A DNA stretch of 64,000 nucleotides from Thermoplasmatota archaeon (GTDB taxonomy: Archaea > Thermoplasmatota > Penumbrarchaeia > Penumbrarchaeales > Penumbrarchaeaceae). The notes beneath the pieces are model-generated. The model was not told where the DNA came from. It worked only from the letters and a program-made list of their open reading frames with translations, and did no database searches. The stretch spans positions 8,390-72,389 of the forward strand of contig JBLIRK010000002.1 of NCBI GenBank assembly GCA_048569615.1, in the 5' to 3' direction. Position numbers and translations under genes: made by a program. Positions 29,624 through 39,587 of this stretch are shown piece by piece. Each line of letters begins with the position of its first letter. Position 1 is the first letter of the stretch.

Positions 29624-31402
29624 TCAAAGGGCTTCCAGCTCGTCCTTGACCTCTTTACTGACCTTTCGACCGGAATCCGAAAAATCCTCGTTCTTCATCT
29701 TTGCCATTCTCGATATGGACACCCTGCATTTAGCTCCACGGATGGCATCAACGGAGGCTCCCCTCCCCACCGCGGATTGGGCAAGGTCGTTGAAGAGGAG
29801 TATTATCCTAAGCATCCCGACCTGCTTTGATTCGGGGCAGAAGGAATCCACATCATGGAAGGCGTTCTGCTGAAGGAAATCCTCCCTGAGCATTCTTGTG
29901 GTTTCCAGCGTGACCTGCTGCGAAGGAGGAAGTGCATCCGGGCCTACAAGCTGGATGATCTCCTGGAGCTCGGCCTCCTGCTGGAGAAGGGCCATCGCCT
30001 TGCTCCTCATATCCATCCAATCACTGCTGATATTTGATCTCCACCAGTGCTCCACCTTATCCATGTATAGGGAGTAGGATTTCAACCAGTTTATGGATGG
30101 GAAATGCCTCTTATCGGCAAGGTTCGAGTCAAGGGCCCAGAAGACCTTGACTATCCTCAATGTGTTCTGGGTCACCGGTTCGGAGAAATCACCGCCCGGT
30201 GGTGAAACTGCGCCAATCACCGATATCGAGCCGGTTCTCTCCTTTGCCGTCAGGCAGGTGACCGAGCCCGACCTCTCATAGAAATTGGCGAGCCTTGATG
30301 AGAGATATGCCGGATACCCCTCCTCCCCCGGCATCTCCTCGAGCCTTCCGGATATCTCCCTCAGCGCCTCTGCCCATCTTGATGTGGAATCTGCCATCAG
30401 CGCCACATCGTATCCCATATCCCTGAAATATTCGGCAATGGTTATGCCGGTATAGACGCTTGCCTCCCTGGCGGCCACGGGCATGTTCGATGTATTTGCG
30501 ATAAGGACGGTCCTAGACATCAAAGGCTCCTTTGTCCTCGGATCCTCCAGGCGGGGGAACTCCCTGAGGACATCGGTCATCTCATTGCCCCTCTCGCCGC
30601 AACCTATGTAAACGATCACGTCCGCATCGCTCCATTTTGCTAGCTGATGCTGCGTGACCGTCTTTCCCGTTCCGAAACCTCCGGGAATTGCGGCAGTTCC
30701 CCCCTTGGCGATGGGAAAGAACGTATCCAATATCCTCTGTCCGGTTATCAGCGGGACCTTTGGATCCATCTTCTTCTTGAATGGCCTGGGCATCCTCACG
30801 GGCCACCTCTGGACCATCTTAACTTCCTTGTCGGGAGTACCCGCAATGGTGCAGATAGTCTCATCTATGGTGTAAGGTCCCTTTTGGGCTATCCTCTTCA
30901 CGGCGCCCTCAAGTCCGGGGGGGACCATTACCATGTGCTTAACGGTACTTGTCTCCTGGACCCACCCGATGATGTCACCGCCGGTCAGCCGGTCTCCTTC
31001 CTTGGCGGAGGGATTGAACTCCCACCTCTTTTCGTGATCTAGGGGCCTGACGGATACTCCCCTTGATATGAAATCCCCGGTTCTCTCCATGATGGATTCG
31101 AGTGGCCTCTGGATGCCGTCATATATCATTGACATCAGTCCGGGTCCCAGTTCCACGGAAAGTGGCTCCCCGGTCTTTTCCACCGGCTCTCCGGGAGATA
31201 TTCCCGTTGTCTCCTCGTAAACCTGGACCGTAGCCGTATCATCCTCAAGTTCGATGATCTCGCCGATCAGCCTCTCTTCCCCCACGAGCACGACATCATA
31301 CATCTTGGCTCCCCTCATTCCAACGGCCTTGACAACCGGCCCGGCGATCATCTCTATGGTCCCGGAGACCTGCGATGGCTGTTCATCGATCATATAGTGC
31401 AA
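29624..31402 (-). CDS. atpA: A-type ATP synthase catalytic subunit A
   Basis: 592 aa. P-loop GGFGTGKT and the non-homologous region typical of A/V-type A subunits. Confidence 0.95.
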   Translation of the reverse strand: MHYMIDEQPSQVSGTIEMIAGPVVKAVGMRGAKMYDVVLVGEERLIGEIIELEDDTATVQVYEETTGISPGEPVEKTGEPLSVELGPGLMSMIYDGIQRPLESIMERTGDFISRGVSVRPLDHEKRWEFNPSAKEGDRLTGGDIIGWVQETSTVKHMVMVPPGLEGAVKRIAQKGPYTIDETICTIAGTPDKEVKMVQRWPVRMPRPFKKKMDPKVPLITGQRILDTFFPIAKGGTAAIPGGFGTGKTVTQHQLAKWSDADVIVYIGCGERGNEMTDVLREFPRLEDPRTKEPLMSRTVLIANTSNMPVAAREASVYTGITIAEYFRDMGYDVALMADSTSRWAEALREISGRLEEMPGEEGYPAYLSSRLANFYERSGSVTCLTAKERTGSISVIGAVSPPGGDFSEPVTQNTLRIVKVFWALDSNLADKRHFPSINWLKSYSLYMDKVEHWWRSNISSDWMDMRSKAMALLQQEAELQEIIQLVGPDALPPSQQVTLETTRMLREDFLQQNAFHDVDSFCPESKQVGMLRIILLFNDLAQSAVGRGASVDAIRGAKCRVSISRMAKMKNEDFSDSGRKVSKEVKDELEAL

Positions 31403-31429
31403 CTCCTGCTTTCGTTCTTATCATTACCA

Positions 31430-31762
31430 TCATTGTTTCCCCTCCTGTTTTGTCGGGTCCATACCCACTGCCCTCTTGATGAGATCGACCGCCCTCCTAT
31501 CCTCTTCTTCCCCGGGTATTATCACGGTTATGGGAAGCATTCTTCCCTGTGCCCTGCTTTCGAATAGCTCATGGTGAAGAACCTCGGCGCATTTTGAGGA
31601 GAGTATCATCATGCCAAGGTCCATTTCAACCATACTGCGATACCAATCCTTAAGCATCACCGGATCATCCCCCCCATCCCATATCAGTATCTCCTCGAGA
31701 CCAGCAAGGCTCAATCCGAGTGCGGTTTCCTCCTTGACTGCTGCGCATATACCCATCTTCAT
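31430..31762 (-). CDS. atpF: A-type ATP synthase subunit F
   Basis: ~110 aa (MKMGICAAVKEETALGLSLAG..). The ATG at 31762 overlaps the atpC stop (ATGA); the longer track ORF is read-through into atpC. Confidence 0.8.
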   Translation of the reverse strand: MKMGICAAVKEETALGLSLAGLEEILIWDGGDDPVMLKDWYRSMVEMDLGMMILSSKCAEVLHHELFESRAQGRMLPITVIIPGEEEDRRAVDLIKRAVGMDPTKQEGKQ

Positions 31763-32862
31763 GAGGCAGTCACCTCCAGTATGAGAAGCTCCTTCGTTCT
31801 CTCCTGGGACCATCCGGAAAAGACTGCCTGAAGGAGAGTCCTTATGTTCTTTAATTCCATCTCCTTTCCAATAAGGTAGCGTATTGACGGACCAACGGTC
31901 GATCCGTGGGTATGGGAAAGACCAACGGAAGCCTCGAGCAGCATTCGGTCCAGGGCGATCTCGATCGCATGGGTCCCTCTTTCAGCTCCATCCTTGAAGT
32001 AATTTTCCAGATGGGTGCCGTTCAGGACCGAAAGTGTCTCCCTCAGATTGGAGGATTCCGCCATCTGCTCCAGCAGGGGCAAACCGATCGTCCCTCCCTT
32101 GGAATATATCTGGGGCATGATCTCCTCCCGGCCAAGTCCGCTTGCCTTTGATCTGACAAGGAGATGGATATTGTATCGGTCCGCAAGTATGTGGCTGAAA
32201 TCCTTTGCCCCTTTCCTGCATGCCGAGTCCAATCCATCCAAATCCATGAAGGTATCCAGGACGAAACGGTCAAGAACTGAATCTATCTCATCCAATCCCA
32301 CCCCCTCCTCTTTTGCTAGGGGAGCTATCGCCTTTCCGGCCCTGGTTCCTTCCAGCACCTCTATCGCCTGGGCCGTGTCCCTGGCAGAAAGGAACTGGCG
32401 CTCGAGGTCCTCATCCAGGAAACCAACGGGATAGAGGGGCTCTTCCCTGTGTCCAATTAGCCTCAGAAGCCTTTTCAACTCATCGATCTCCCATATTCCA
32501 ATGAATGATTTCACCAGCGGCTTCACTCCTGAAGGAGATCCTATATAAAGGGCATCAAGGGTTCCATGGAAATTGTGCATCAGCTGTCTGTCAGATTCCC
32601 TGAAGGATGTCGGCTCTTCCTTGAATGACAGATCTCCCTGTATGGTTTTTATGAGTGTGGAGGGATCCTTCAGTTCCAAGAGCGGGAGTACCTCATCCCT
32701 GATGATGTAGGGATTCCCCATGGTCGATAGCCTGGCATTGTGATAGGAGAACTGACCGATCCTGACCAGCTTGCGGATCCCGAATACGGAGGCGGTTATT
32801 CCAACGGCGGATACGCCTCCGATGACGGTAATTGCGGTTCCGGTCAGCTCAAGCAATATCAT
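31759..32862 (-). CDS. atpC: A-type ATP synthase subunit C
   Basis: 367-aa alpha-helical protein in the conserved position between E and F. Typical subunit C length and composition. Confidence 0.85.
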   Translation of the reverse strand: MILLELTGTAITVIGGVSAVGITASVFGIRKLVRIGQFSYHNARLSTMGNPYIIRDEVLPLLELKDPSTLIKTIQGDLSFKEEPTSFRESDRQLMHNFHGTLDALYIGSPSGVKPLVKSFIGIWEIDELKRLLRLIGHREEPLYPVGFLDEDLERQFLSARDTAQAIEVLEGTRAGKAIAPLAKEEGVGLDEIDSVLDRFVLDTFMDLDGLDSACRKGAKDFSHILADRYNIHLLVRSKASGLGREEIMPQIYSKGGTIGLPLLEQMAESSNLRETLSVLNGTHLENYFKDGAERGTHAIEIALDRMLLEASVGLSHTHGSTVGPSIRYLIGKEMELKNIRTLLQAVFSGWSQERTKELLILEVTAS

Positions 32863-33480
32863 TCACTCCTGCAACCCCGAGAACATCACACGGGCAATTA
32901 TCTCCCTAAGCTCATCCTCATTCCTTTCCAGAAGACCATGGAATGTCATGTCCATGACCCTCTCTCCTTTTTTATCAAGTGCAATGAATCCCCCCAGCAG
33001 CTCCTTTCCCATGAACCTCCCGAGCTCATCATTTTCCTTCAAGCTAGATTCCACAAGGGGTCCGACCTTGCACCACCCCTCAATTGCCCTGGCATCCCGG
33101 TCGCGAACGGGATAAGCGACCATTTCCTTGCCAAGGATTCCCTCCGCCCTCTTTACAAGGGGAATGAGGTATTCACCCAACTCCGGACCTTCAAGGGACG
33201 TTATCCTTTCCCTGACACCGCATAGAGCATCCCATATCAGCTCTTCTTTGGAGCATAAAAGGGCCTGTCTAGCCTTTCTCTTGCCATCCGAGATATAGAT
33301 ATTGCGGGTCGTGGAGAGCTCCCTTTCGAGCTTCTTCTCCATTTCCTTAAGATCGACATCAAGCACGCTTCTTGCTTCCTCCCTCATCTTCCTGGCCCTT
33401 TGTCTGGCTTCCTCAAGAATGGCATCGGCCTCGGCCCTGGCCTCCTCTTCGATCCTTTTTACTATACCTTCGATTCCCAT
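32863..33480 (-). CDS. atpE: A-type ATP synthase subunit E
   Basis: Starts MGIEGIVKRIEEEARAEADAILEEARQRA.. ATG at 33480 with GGGGTG at -8. The longer track ORF overlaps atpK and is rejected. Confidence 0.8.
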   Translation of the reverse strand: MGIEGIVKRIEEEARAEADAILEEARQRARKMREEARSVLDVDLKEMEKKLERELSTTRNIYISDGKRKARQALLCSKEELIWDALCGVRERITSLEGPELGEYLIPLVKRAEGILGKEMVAYPVRDRDARAIEGWCKVGPLVESSLKENDELGRFMGKELLGGFIALDKKGERVMDMTFHGLLERNEDELREIIARVMFSGLQE

Positions 33481-33496
33481 GGGGTTCACCCCTCTC

Positions 33497-34240
33497 CTAG
33501 CCCAGCATTCCTGATGCCAGCAGGAGGAATATGGCCACAAGGAATCCGAAGATCGCCATTGTCTCGGACATGACTGCAAAAATGACGCCCTGTCCGAATA
33601 CCTTGTTATTCCTGCCGAAGGCTGCGGCCGCGGCAGAAGCCGTCATTCCCTGGGGAATGGCGGACACGCTGGACAAGGCTATCACTATTCCTATGGCAAG
33701 AGCTCCCCACCCGACGTACGGGCTTTTCAGGACCGCAATATCGGGTCCGCCGGTAAGTCCCGTAAAGAAAAGCACGAGGATCGAGACCAGCAATCCATAG
33801 ATACCCTGGGTCATTGGAAGGGCCTGATAGACTATCAGCCGGCCGAACTTGTCCGGACGCTCCGCTGCAACACCGGCGGCTCCGGCACCTGCTATGCCGA
33901 TACCGACAGAGGACATGATAGCGGCAACTCCCATTGCCAGTGAGACCCCTATGAAAACCAGCATCCTGTTGTCCTTTACTACCTTGGAGTCCTCGTTGTT
34001 GCTGGGATCGGTGTATTCCAGATATTCCTCGATATTTGTCATCCCATCCTCATCCAGGTCCGATGACGCATCGTTCTTGGTAGGGTCGAGCTCATAGAAT
34101 ATCTCCCAATCGTCGTCCATTCCATCGTGGTCCTCGTCCCTATCCGGTATCCTTTCGGCCGATGCACCCAATGAAAGGACGACCATGGACACTAGGAACA
34201 GCACCGCAATACCTGCCGCCAGATATGGCGTTGTTTTCAT
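33497..34240 (-). CDS. atpK: A-type ATP synthase proteolipid subunit c/K: a duplicated 4-TM form with a single ion-binding Glu, plus a ~92-aa N-terminal extension (signal/TM helix and an acidic EF-hand-like segment)
   Basis: Residues 93-247 form two c-hairpins. The hairpin-1 helix reads ..ALPMTQGIYGL.. (Met where Glu is expected). The hairpin-2 helix reads ..VMSETMAIFGF.. (Glu present). The N-terminal extension is continuous in frame from the ATG at 34240 (MKTTPYLAAGIAVLFLVSMVVLSLGASA + DRDEDHDGMDDDWE ... DLDEDGMTNIEE). Confidence 0.8.
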   Translation of the reverse strand: MKTTPYLAAGIAVLFLVSMVVLSLGASAERIPDRDEDHDGMDDDWEIFYELDPTKNDASSDLDEDGMTNIEEYLEYTDPSNNEDSKVVKDNRMLVFIGVSLAMGVAAIMSSVGIGIAGAGAAGVAAERPDKFGRLIVYQALPMTQGIYGLLVSILVLFFTGLTGGPDIAVLKSPYVGWGALAIGIVIALSSVSAIPQGMTASAAAAAFGRNNKVFGQGVIFAVMSETMAIFGFLVAIFLLLASGMLG

Positions 34241-34289
34241 CTTTCATACCTCCCGTTCGTTCTTATGATCGAATTAACTTGATAATGTA

Positions 34290-36356
34290 TCATCTGCCTT
34301 CCCTCCCTTCCGCTCCAATTATGTCCGTGTGGGATTTGGTATATGCCCTTTCCCTTCCGAAGGGCTGGAAAAGCTCGCCGCCTCCCTCGAAGAACCTTCC
34401 GAAGAACTCCACGAACTGAAGCCTTACAGAATGGACGGCAGCTCCAAGTGTCTGAAGCAGCAGGTTGAAGATGTGCAATGCTAGGAGCAGGATCGCTACC
34501 ACGGGCAGCAGGTAGGGTGTGATACCGACCATCATCTCCCCCACGATATTGAATGCCATCGCAAGTCCGAATGTCGAAAGGCCTAGGGCCAGTATCCTCG
34601 AGTAGGATATCCAATCGCCCATCAGACCCTCGATAGAGAAAAGGAACATCGGTCCGACCTCGAAGAAAAGCAGAAAGCAGCCGAGCAGGAAAAATGCTCC
34701 GCCAGATATTGCAAGAGGCATCGACAATCCCCACCATCCAAACAGAATGCCTCCAAGGAAAATGACCGCACCCGATTGAACGAAGGCCCAGGAAAGGGCC
34801 CCTTTGACGAAACCCCAAAAATCTCTCTTTTTCAACCTATCGTATCCAAGAAGGGCGAAACCGGCATTGAGCTGGATGAAACCAAGCCATAGGGAGATCT
34901 CGAACAGGAGCATCGGGTCCCTCAAGGTGTCGTAGGGGAATGACATCCCGAGGACCGTGAACGAGTAGAGGGGTTTCTCTGCACTTCCGAATATCAAACG
35001 AGGTACAAGGTCACCGAACAAGGAGCCCATCCATATCCCGGCAAGTGTCGTCGCCAGGCCCATCAATATGCCAAGCGCCCCGATCTGTCTGAGAAAATTG
35101 CTTTTCTTGCCCTTTGTGAAAACATATAGGGATGGCAGGAGTATGAGCAGACCGTAGCCTGCATCTCCGAGCATCAGTCCGAAAAACAGGATGAACGGAA
35201 CCGAAATGAAAAGACTGGGATCGATCTCGTTATATTTTGGAACGGCGAAGGTGAGGGTGAGCGGTTCGAAAAGCGAGGCGAACCTTCCGTTGTTGAGTTT
35301 GGTCGGCACCCTGTTCTCCTCTATCTCGGTCTTGTCCGGATCCCGTTCCTGTATATGGTACCTGCCTCTTGTCGAGCTGTCAACGATCGTCCTGAGCTCC
35401 CTCATGCGGTCGCCCTCGATCCACCCCGAAATCATGCCTGTGTAAATAGTGCTTGAAAGGGAAGATCTCATCCTGGTCTTCTCCATCTCGATCTCCAGTG
35501 CCTCCTGCCAGGCCCTGGCATTATTCAAGAGCATTGTTGCAAGCTCATCCCCATCCCCGCGGAGTGACGACCTCTTCTGCTTCAGGGAATCCTCCAGCTT
35601 GTCCAGCTCGACTATCAACCGGGCAACCGGATTCCTGAGACCCGATGAAGAGCCTGTCCCTCTGTTTAGAAGGGATGCGATCTTTTGAATGTCAAATGTT
35701 ATCTCCGAGAAGATCCTCCCTCTGAGAGATTCCTCGATGTAACCTGCATTTCCGGAGGTATAGAGGATCCTGACAGCGTGAAGTCCCTCTTTTTTATCGA
35801 GGAGTGATGACTGCAGATCTCCACCGGCTTTCGAAACGATCCCTTTGAGCTCATGAAATCTCCTGGTGGTTCCTACCTTGATCCTTATTCTCTCGAAGGA
35901 TGATACGGTATGAAGGTCGAAATCAAGTCCTCCAAGTAAAACAAGTTTCTCTCTCAGCTCCCTCAGATAGCCAATGTCATCCTCGATCCGGCTGCGCTTC
36001 TGAAGGAAAGGCTCGGTTCTGGCCTGGGCTTCTCTCAGCCATTTCTCCGCACCGGAAACCGCCTTTCCCTCGCTAATCTGGACAGGTGCTGGTTTTTCCA
36101 TCAAGTATTGCTTCAATAGACCCTTAGAAAACGTCTCGTAGGGTGCCAGGAGTTCTATGATCTTGTCCACCCTGCTTTTCACATCCAGCAGTTTCGGATC
36201 CACTTTGATGTCTTTTCCGCCGGAGCTGACATGGTGGAGTATCCTTTGATCGTGGAGATGAGCGACCATCCTGTCGAGGTCTGATCTCATTAGAAAGATA
36301 TCGACCCTTTTCATCCTTTTGGGATACAATCCGCTCACCCACTCAAGATCGGTCAA
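34290..36356 (-). CDS. atpI: A-type ATP synthase subunit I (a-subunit, membrane stator)
   Basis: 688 aa. Hydrophilic coiled-coil N-terminal half and a C-terminal half with ~7-8 TM helices. Confidence 0.9.
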   Translation of the reverse strand: MTDLEWVSGLYPKRMKRVDIFLMRSDLDRMVAHLHDQRILHHVSSGGKDIKVDPKLLDVKSRVDKIIELLAPYETFSKGLLKQYLMEKPAPVQISEGKAVSGAEKWLREAQARTEPFLQKRSRIEDDIGYLRELREKLVLLGGLDFDLHTVSSFERIRIKVGTTRRFHELKGIVSKAGGDLQSSLLDKKEGLHAVRILYTSGNAGYIEESLRGRIFSEITFDIQKIASLLNRGTGSSSGLRNPVARLIVELDKLEDSLKQKRSSLRGDGDELATMLLNNARAWQEALEIEMEKTRMRSSLSSTIYTGMISGWIEGDRMRELRTIVDSSTRGRYHIQERDPDKTEIEENRVPTKLNNGRFASLFEPLTLTFAVPKYNEIDPSLFISVPFILFFGLMLGDAGYGLLILLPSLYVFTKGKKSNFLRQIGALGILMGLATTLAGIWMGSLFGDLVPRLIFGSAEKPLYSFTVLGMSFPYDTLRDPMLLFEISLWLGFIQLNAGFALLGYDRLKKRDFWGFVKGALSWAFVQSGAVIFLGGILFGWWGLSMPLAISGGAFFLLGCFLLFFEVGPMFLFSIEGLMGDWISYSRILALGLSTFGLAMAFNIVGEMMVGITPYLLPVVAILLLALHIFNLLLQTLGAAVHSVRLQFVEFFGRFFEGGGELFQPFGRERAYTKSHTDIIGAEGREGR

Positions 36357-36667
36357 TGATTCAGAAGATGCGCCATAAGTTCGTTAACAGCGACCGGAAG
36401 TTTGGTACTTGTCCTATCTGATAGCCCCTTGGCGATCTCAATTCCATCCCTCTTGATCCTCTCCGCTTCCTCTCTGGCCCTTCTTTCTTCCTCTCCTAGG
36501 ATCCTTTCCCTCTTTCTTGAAAAATCGTCCATTGCCATCTTTCTTTCCGAACGGATGTCCTCCCCCACCTTCCTTATCACCATCTCGGCCTGCTTCTTTG
36601 CATTTTCAATAGTGGCCTTCGCCTCCTTTTCCGCTGCAATAAGCCTTTCAAAGGTACTGTCAACCAT
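36353..36667 (-). CDS. atpH: A-type ATP synthase subunit H
   Basis: 104-aa charged coiled-coil protein (..LIAAEKEAKATIENAKKQAEMVIRKVGEDI..). Its end overlaps the atpI start by 4 nt. It is the first gene of the operon. Confidence 0.7.
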   Translation of the reverse strand: MVDSTFERLIAAEKEAKATIENAKKQAEMVIRKVGEDIRSERKMAMDDFSRKRERILGEEERRAREEAERIKRDGIEIAKGLSDRTSTKLPVAVNELMAHLLNH

Positions 36668-36748
36668 GGGAATTCCACCGGCACCAAGTACTGAATATCG
36701 ACAGAGTGGCCTAATAAATCTTATTACTTAACCCTTATTGTGGAAGGG

Positions 36749-36901
36749 GTTGCACTGGGTTGTATGTTTTCTAACCGATAATATTTTGTGCAATAAAGTG
36801 GTTAATCCGGTGCAACATTCAACCGATTCCAGTCACCAATGGACCTATCAAGGGCCATTTCCCTTGACTGCGTGCAGATTCAGTGCAAGATTCAGTGTAA
36901 T
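36749..36901. promoter_or_regulatory. array of GTGCAA / CAGTGCAA motifs, including a tandem 12-mer, in the divergent promoter region between the atp operon and the 945-aa gene
   Basis: GTGCAA-like hexamers at about 36750-57 (inverted), 36788-93, 36809-16, 36872-77 and 36881-88. The tandem pair GATTCAGTGCAA (36877-88) and GATTCAGTGTAA (36889-900) sits immediately upstream of the ATG at 36912. Confidence 0.4.
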
Positions 36902-36911
36902 TCACAAGGAA

Positions 36912-39575
36912 ATGTTTAAGGATATAATGATATTTGGGAGAACAGGGGGTATCTACCAATTGGCAGCATCCGTTGATGATCAGGACATAAAGATCCAGAA
37001 ACTGGAAATGATCATCAAGAAAGGTGACATGATAATTTCAATGCTGGAGAAACAGGGTGTCCCAACGGATGATGTGAAGGTCAAGATAAATTCCGCCAAG
37101 CAGAACCTATCCAAAGGGGAGATGGGGAGCGCCTACAAGCTCGCACAGGAATGCATCACCGACCTCATGAAACTCAAGGAGACCGCCGATAAACCCAAGG
37201 ATGAGGAGAAATCTAAAAGGGGGAAGGGCGTTTTCGCATTGATCAGGGACAACAGGGCGGAAATGAACCGTAAATTGGAGGAGTGGAAAAGGATTATAAA
37301 AGGCTGGAGGGACAAGGGTTACAATTTCGAAAATGATCAGAGCTTGTTCTCACACCAATTCGAGGAGATCGAGAAGAGGTTCATTTCCATCGGCGGTCAG
37401 ATCGAAAAGGCCGAGATCATCAGGGGAAAGCTGAATCGAATGAAGGAGGACTTCCCCAGCGTCGGCCAAAGCTACCTGTCAAAGATAGAGGATGTGGAAA
37501 AAGCCATATTCAGACTGGACAGGCTGGACAGTATCGAAAGAAGGGTTGACAATCTGGCCCAGTCCCTAAGGGCGGTTGATGAGAGGTTCAAACAGTTCAG
37601 GATCAGGATCAGCAGATACCGTAGGAACGGATTGGACACTGCATCATTGGATGAAATCATTGAAAATGAGGAAGATGCGGAATACCTGGAGAAGCAGTTC
37701 AACATATACGAAGGCAACATCGATTTTCTCCTAAAGGAGAAGACCAAACTCAAAAGCTTCAAGGAGATGCCCCTTCCTGAGAGCGTCTTGAAAAAAGTAT
37801 CCGAGCTCGAGAAGATAATCAATAATCCATGGCTCCTCGACCAGGTCGTCGAGAGGATGCTGGCCCTGGAGAAGGACCTGCATCGGGAAAAGGAGAACCT
37901 TAAGAGAAGGGAAGAGGAGAGATCTAGAAGGGACGAGATCCTTTCCAGTCTGGAGAAATACCGGTCGGAGGGTTTTAGAACCGATGTGGTGGAGCAGCTG
38001 CTGGATGAGGATATTAACCTCCTCGAGGAAGAGTTCGACATATTCATCAGGCAGACCACAAGACTCAAATCCCTCAAGGAGAAATTATTCAAGCTGGACG
38101 CCACGGGCTTCGAGGAGGACATCTCCAGGATCTCACAGAAGCTCTTCGATCCATCAAACCTAGACAATATCGAGAATGAACTCAGCACTCTGAAGGAGAA
38201 GATCCTTGAGAAGAAGGTAAAATCACAGAAGATAGAGGGAGCCATCAAGGAATGGGCAGGATTGGGTTTCAAGATCTCAAAGCTAGAAAATCTCCTCAAG
38301 ACCGATATCGACACGGCCGATGAGCTCTATGAGGATTACAGGAAATGGATAGACGAGCTGAAGGAGTATGAGACCCAGCTCCAGGATATCAAGCAGAAGG
38401 ATATGGATGAACTGGTTCACAGGATAACCCTCAAGATCAAGAATCCGGAACTGATCGAGTCTGTAAGAAAGGAGATGAGCGTCATACAGAAGAAGGTCTC
38501 GGAGATAGAGGGACTGAGAGGGAAGAGAAAAGAGCTGAACAATCTGCTGAAGGTCTGGAAGATACAGGGTTACAACATCGATCGTATCCTGGACCTGATG
38601 AGGGAGGAGGACACTGTTTCGGGAATGGATAACATCATACTCAATTATTCGAGGTCCATCGCTTCCGTGGAAGCGTTGAAGGGTGACCTCGCATCCGAGG
38701 AGAGGGGATGGTTCCCCAAGGATGAAGAGTTCATCAAGAAGAACCTGCAGGACCCCGAAATGTCCTCGGAAGTCCTTTCAAGTTTCGAAAATCTGAAAAC
38801 AAAGAACACCAAGGAAGAAAAGAGAAGGGGCGAGATATCCAGGAAGCTCAGGGAGCTTTCTTCCAGGGATATAGACGTATCCCGTATAGAGCCGCTTCTT
38901 CTTGGCGATACGGAAACCTTGAACAACGAATATGAGGTCTTCAAGGAGAAAGTGAAGAAGCTTCTGAAGATCAAGGCCACCCTGCTCAAGGAATCACACA
39001 AGACAAAGGACCAGAGCAAGGAGATGTTGGCCAAGAGCTTCTCGGACCCTTATTCCGTCGAGCAATATGAGGACCAGCTTAGTGGTAAAGCACCTATATC
39101 CCAACAACAGGCGAAAGCCGCAAAGCCTGCGAAGGATGGCGAGGAGATAGACAAGCAAAAGGAACTCGCCAAGACCCATTACAAGGAAGGGCGTTTCGAA
39201 GAAGCCCTCGAAATGTTCCAGAACATACTCTCCAGGGACCCCAATAATAAGGAGTGCAATTTCTACTTGAAGAAGGTTCTTCTGAAGATCAAACCGTCTT
39301 CGGGGAAGCCCAAGCCTGTGAAAGCACAACCCCCTCCGGAGGAGAAAAACGCAATTGATGAAGAGGAGAAGCCTGCACCATCCCAAAGCGGGGCCGACCC
39401 GAACTGCCTTTCCTGCCACGGAACAGGGAACTGTATCTGGTGCTCCGGCAAGGGAAAGTGTTCTACATGCCATGGAACCGGAGAATCCCTGGGATCCACA
39501 TGCTCCACCTGCGGAGGGAGCGGTGATTGCTCAGTATGCAAGGGTTCAGGAAAGTGCAGCTGGTGCATGGTCTAG
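36912..39575 (+). CDS. large cytoplasmic coiled-coil repeat protein with a C-terminal TPR and an extended DnaJ-CR-like zinc finger (6x CxxC.G.G)
   Basis: No signal peptide. At least 7 copies of a ~30-aa module (WK..GYN(F/I)..L..LL / ..GF..D....L..) separated by K/E-rich coiled coil. TPR-like ..THYKEGRFEEALEMFQNILSRDPNN.. The C-terminus reads CLSCHGTGNCIWCSGKGKCSTCHGTGESLGSTCSTCGGSGDCSVCKGSGKCSWC. The track ORF starts with TTG at 36738; the first ATG is at 36912. Confidence 0.7.
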   Translation: MFKDIMIFGRTGGIYQLAASVDDQDIKIQKLEMIIKKGDMIISMLEKQGVPTDDVKVKINSAKQNLSKGEMGSAYKLAQECITDLMKLKETADKPKDEEKSKRGKGVFALIRDNRAEMNRKLEEWKRIIKGWRDKGYNFENDQSLFSHQFEEIEKRFISIGGQIEKAEIIRGKLNRMKEDFPSVGQSYLSKIEDVEKAIFRLDRLDSIERRVDNLAQSLRAVDERFKQFRIRISRYRRNGLDTASLDEIIENEEDAEYLEKQFNIYEGNIDFLLKEKTKLKSFKEMPLPESVLKKVSELEKIINNPWLLDQVVERMLALEKDLHREKENLKRREEERSRRDEILSSLEKYRSEGFRTDVVEQLLDEDINLLEEEFDIFIRQTTRLKSLKEKLFKLDATGFEEDISRISQKLFDPSNLDNIENELSTLKEKILEKKVKSQKIEGAIKEWAGLGFKISKLENLLKTDIDTADELYEDYRKWIDELKEYETQLQDIKQKDMDELVHRITLKIKNPELIESVRKEMSVIQKKVSEIEGLRGKRKELNNLLKVWKIQGYNIDRILDLMREEDTVSGMDNIILNYSRSIASVEALKGDLASEERGWFPKDEEFIKKNLQDPEMSSEVLSSFENLKTKNTKEEKRRGEISRKLRELSSRDIDVSRIEPLLLGDTETLNNEYEVFKEKVKKLLKIKATLLKESHKTKDQSKEMLAKSFSDPYSVEQYEDQLSGKAPISQQQAKAAKPAKDGEEIDKQKELAKTHYKEGRFEEALEMFQNILSRDPNNKECNFYLKKVLLKIKPSSGKPKPVKAQPPPEEKNAIDEEEKPAPSQSGADPNCLSCHGTGNCIWCSGKGKCSTCHGTGESLGSTCSTCGGSGDCSVCKGSGKCSWCMV

Positions 39576-39587
39576 GGAGGTGTTAAT

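Noticed and set aside
33481-33579. Extended N-terminus of atpE (track ORF 32863..33579) overlapping atpK
   Set aside because: The extension encodes an unstructured Cys/Trp-rich sequence and overlaps the atpK 3' end. The internal ATG at 33480 has an SD-like GGGGTG and gives a canonical subunit E N-terminus.
37472-38314. 280-aa Ser-rich minus-strand ORF
   Set aside because: Antisense to the K/E-rich coiled-coil gene. The serine richness is the reverse-complement artefact of AAG/GAG codon runs.
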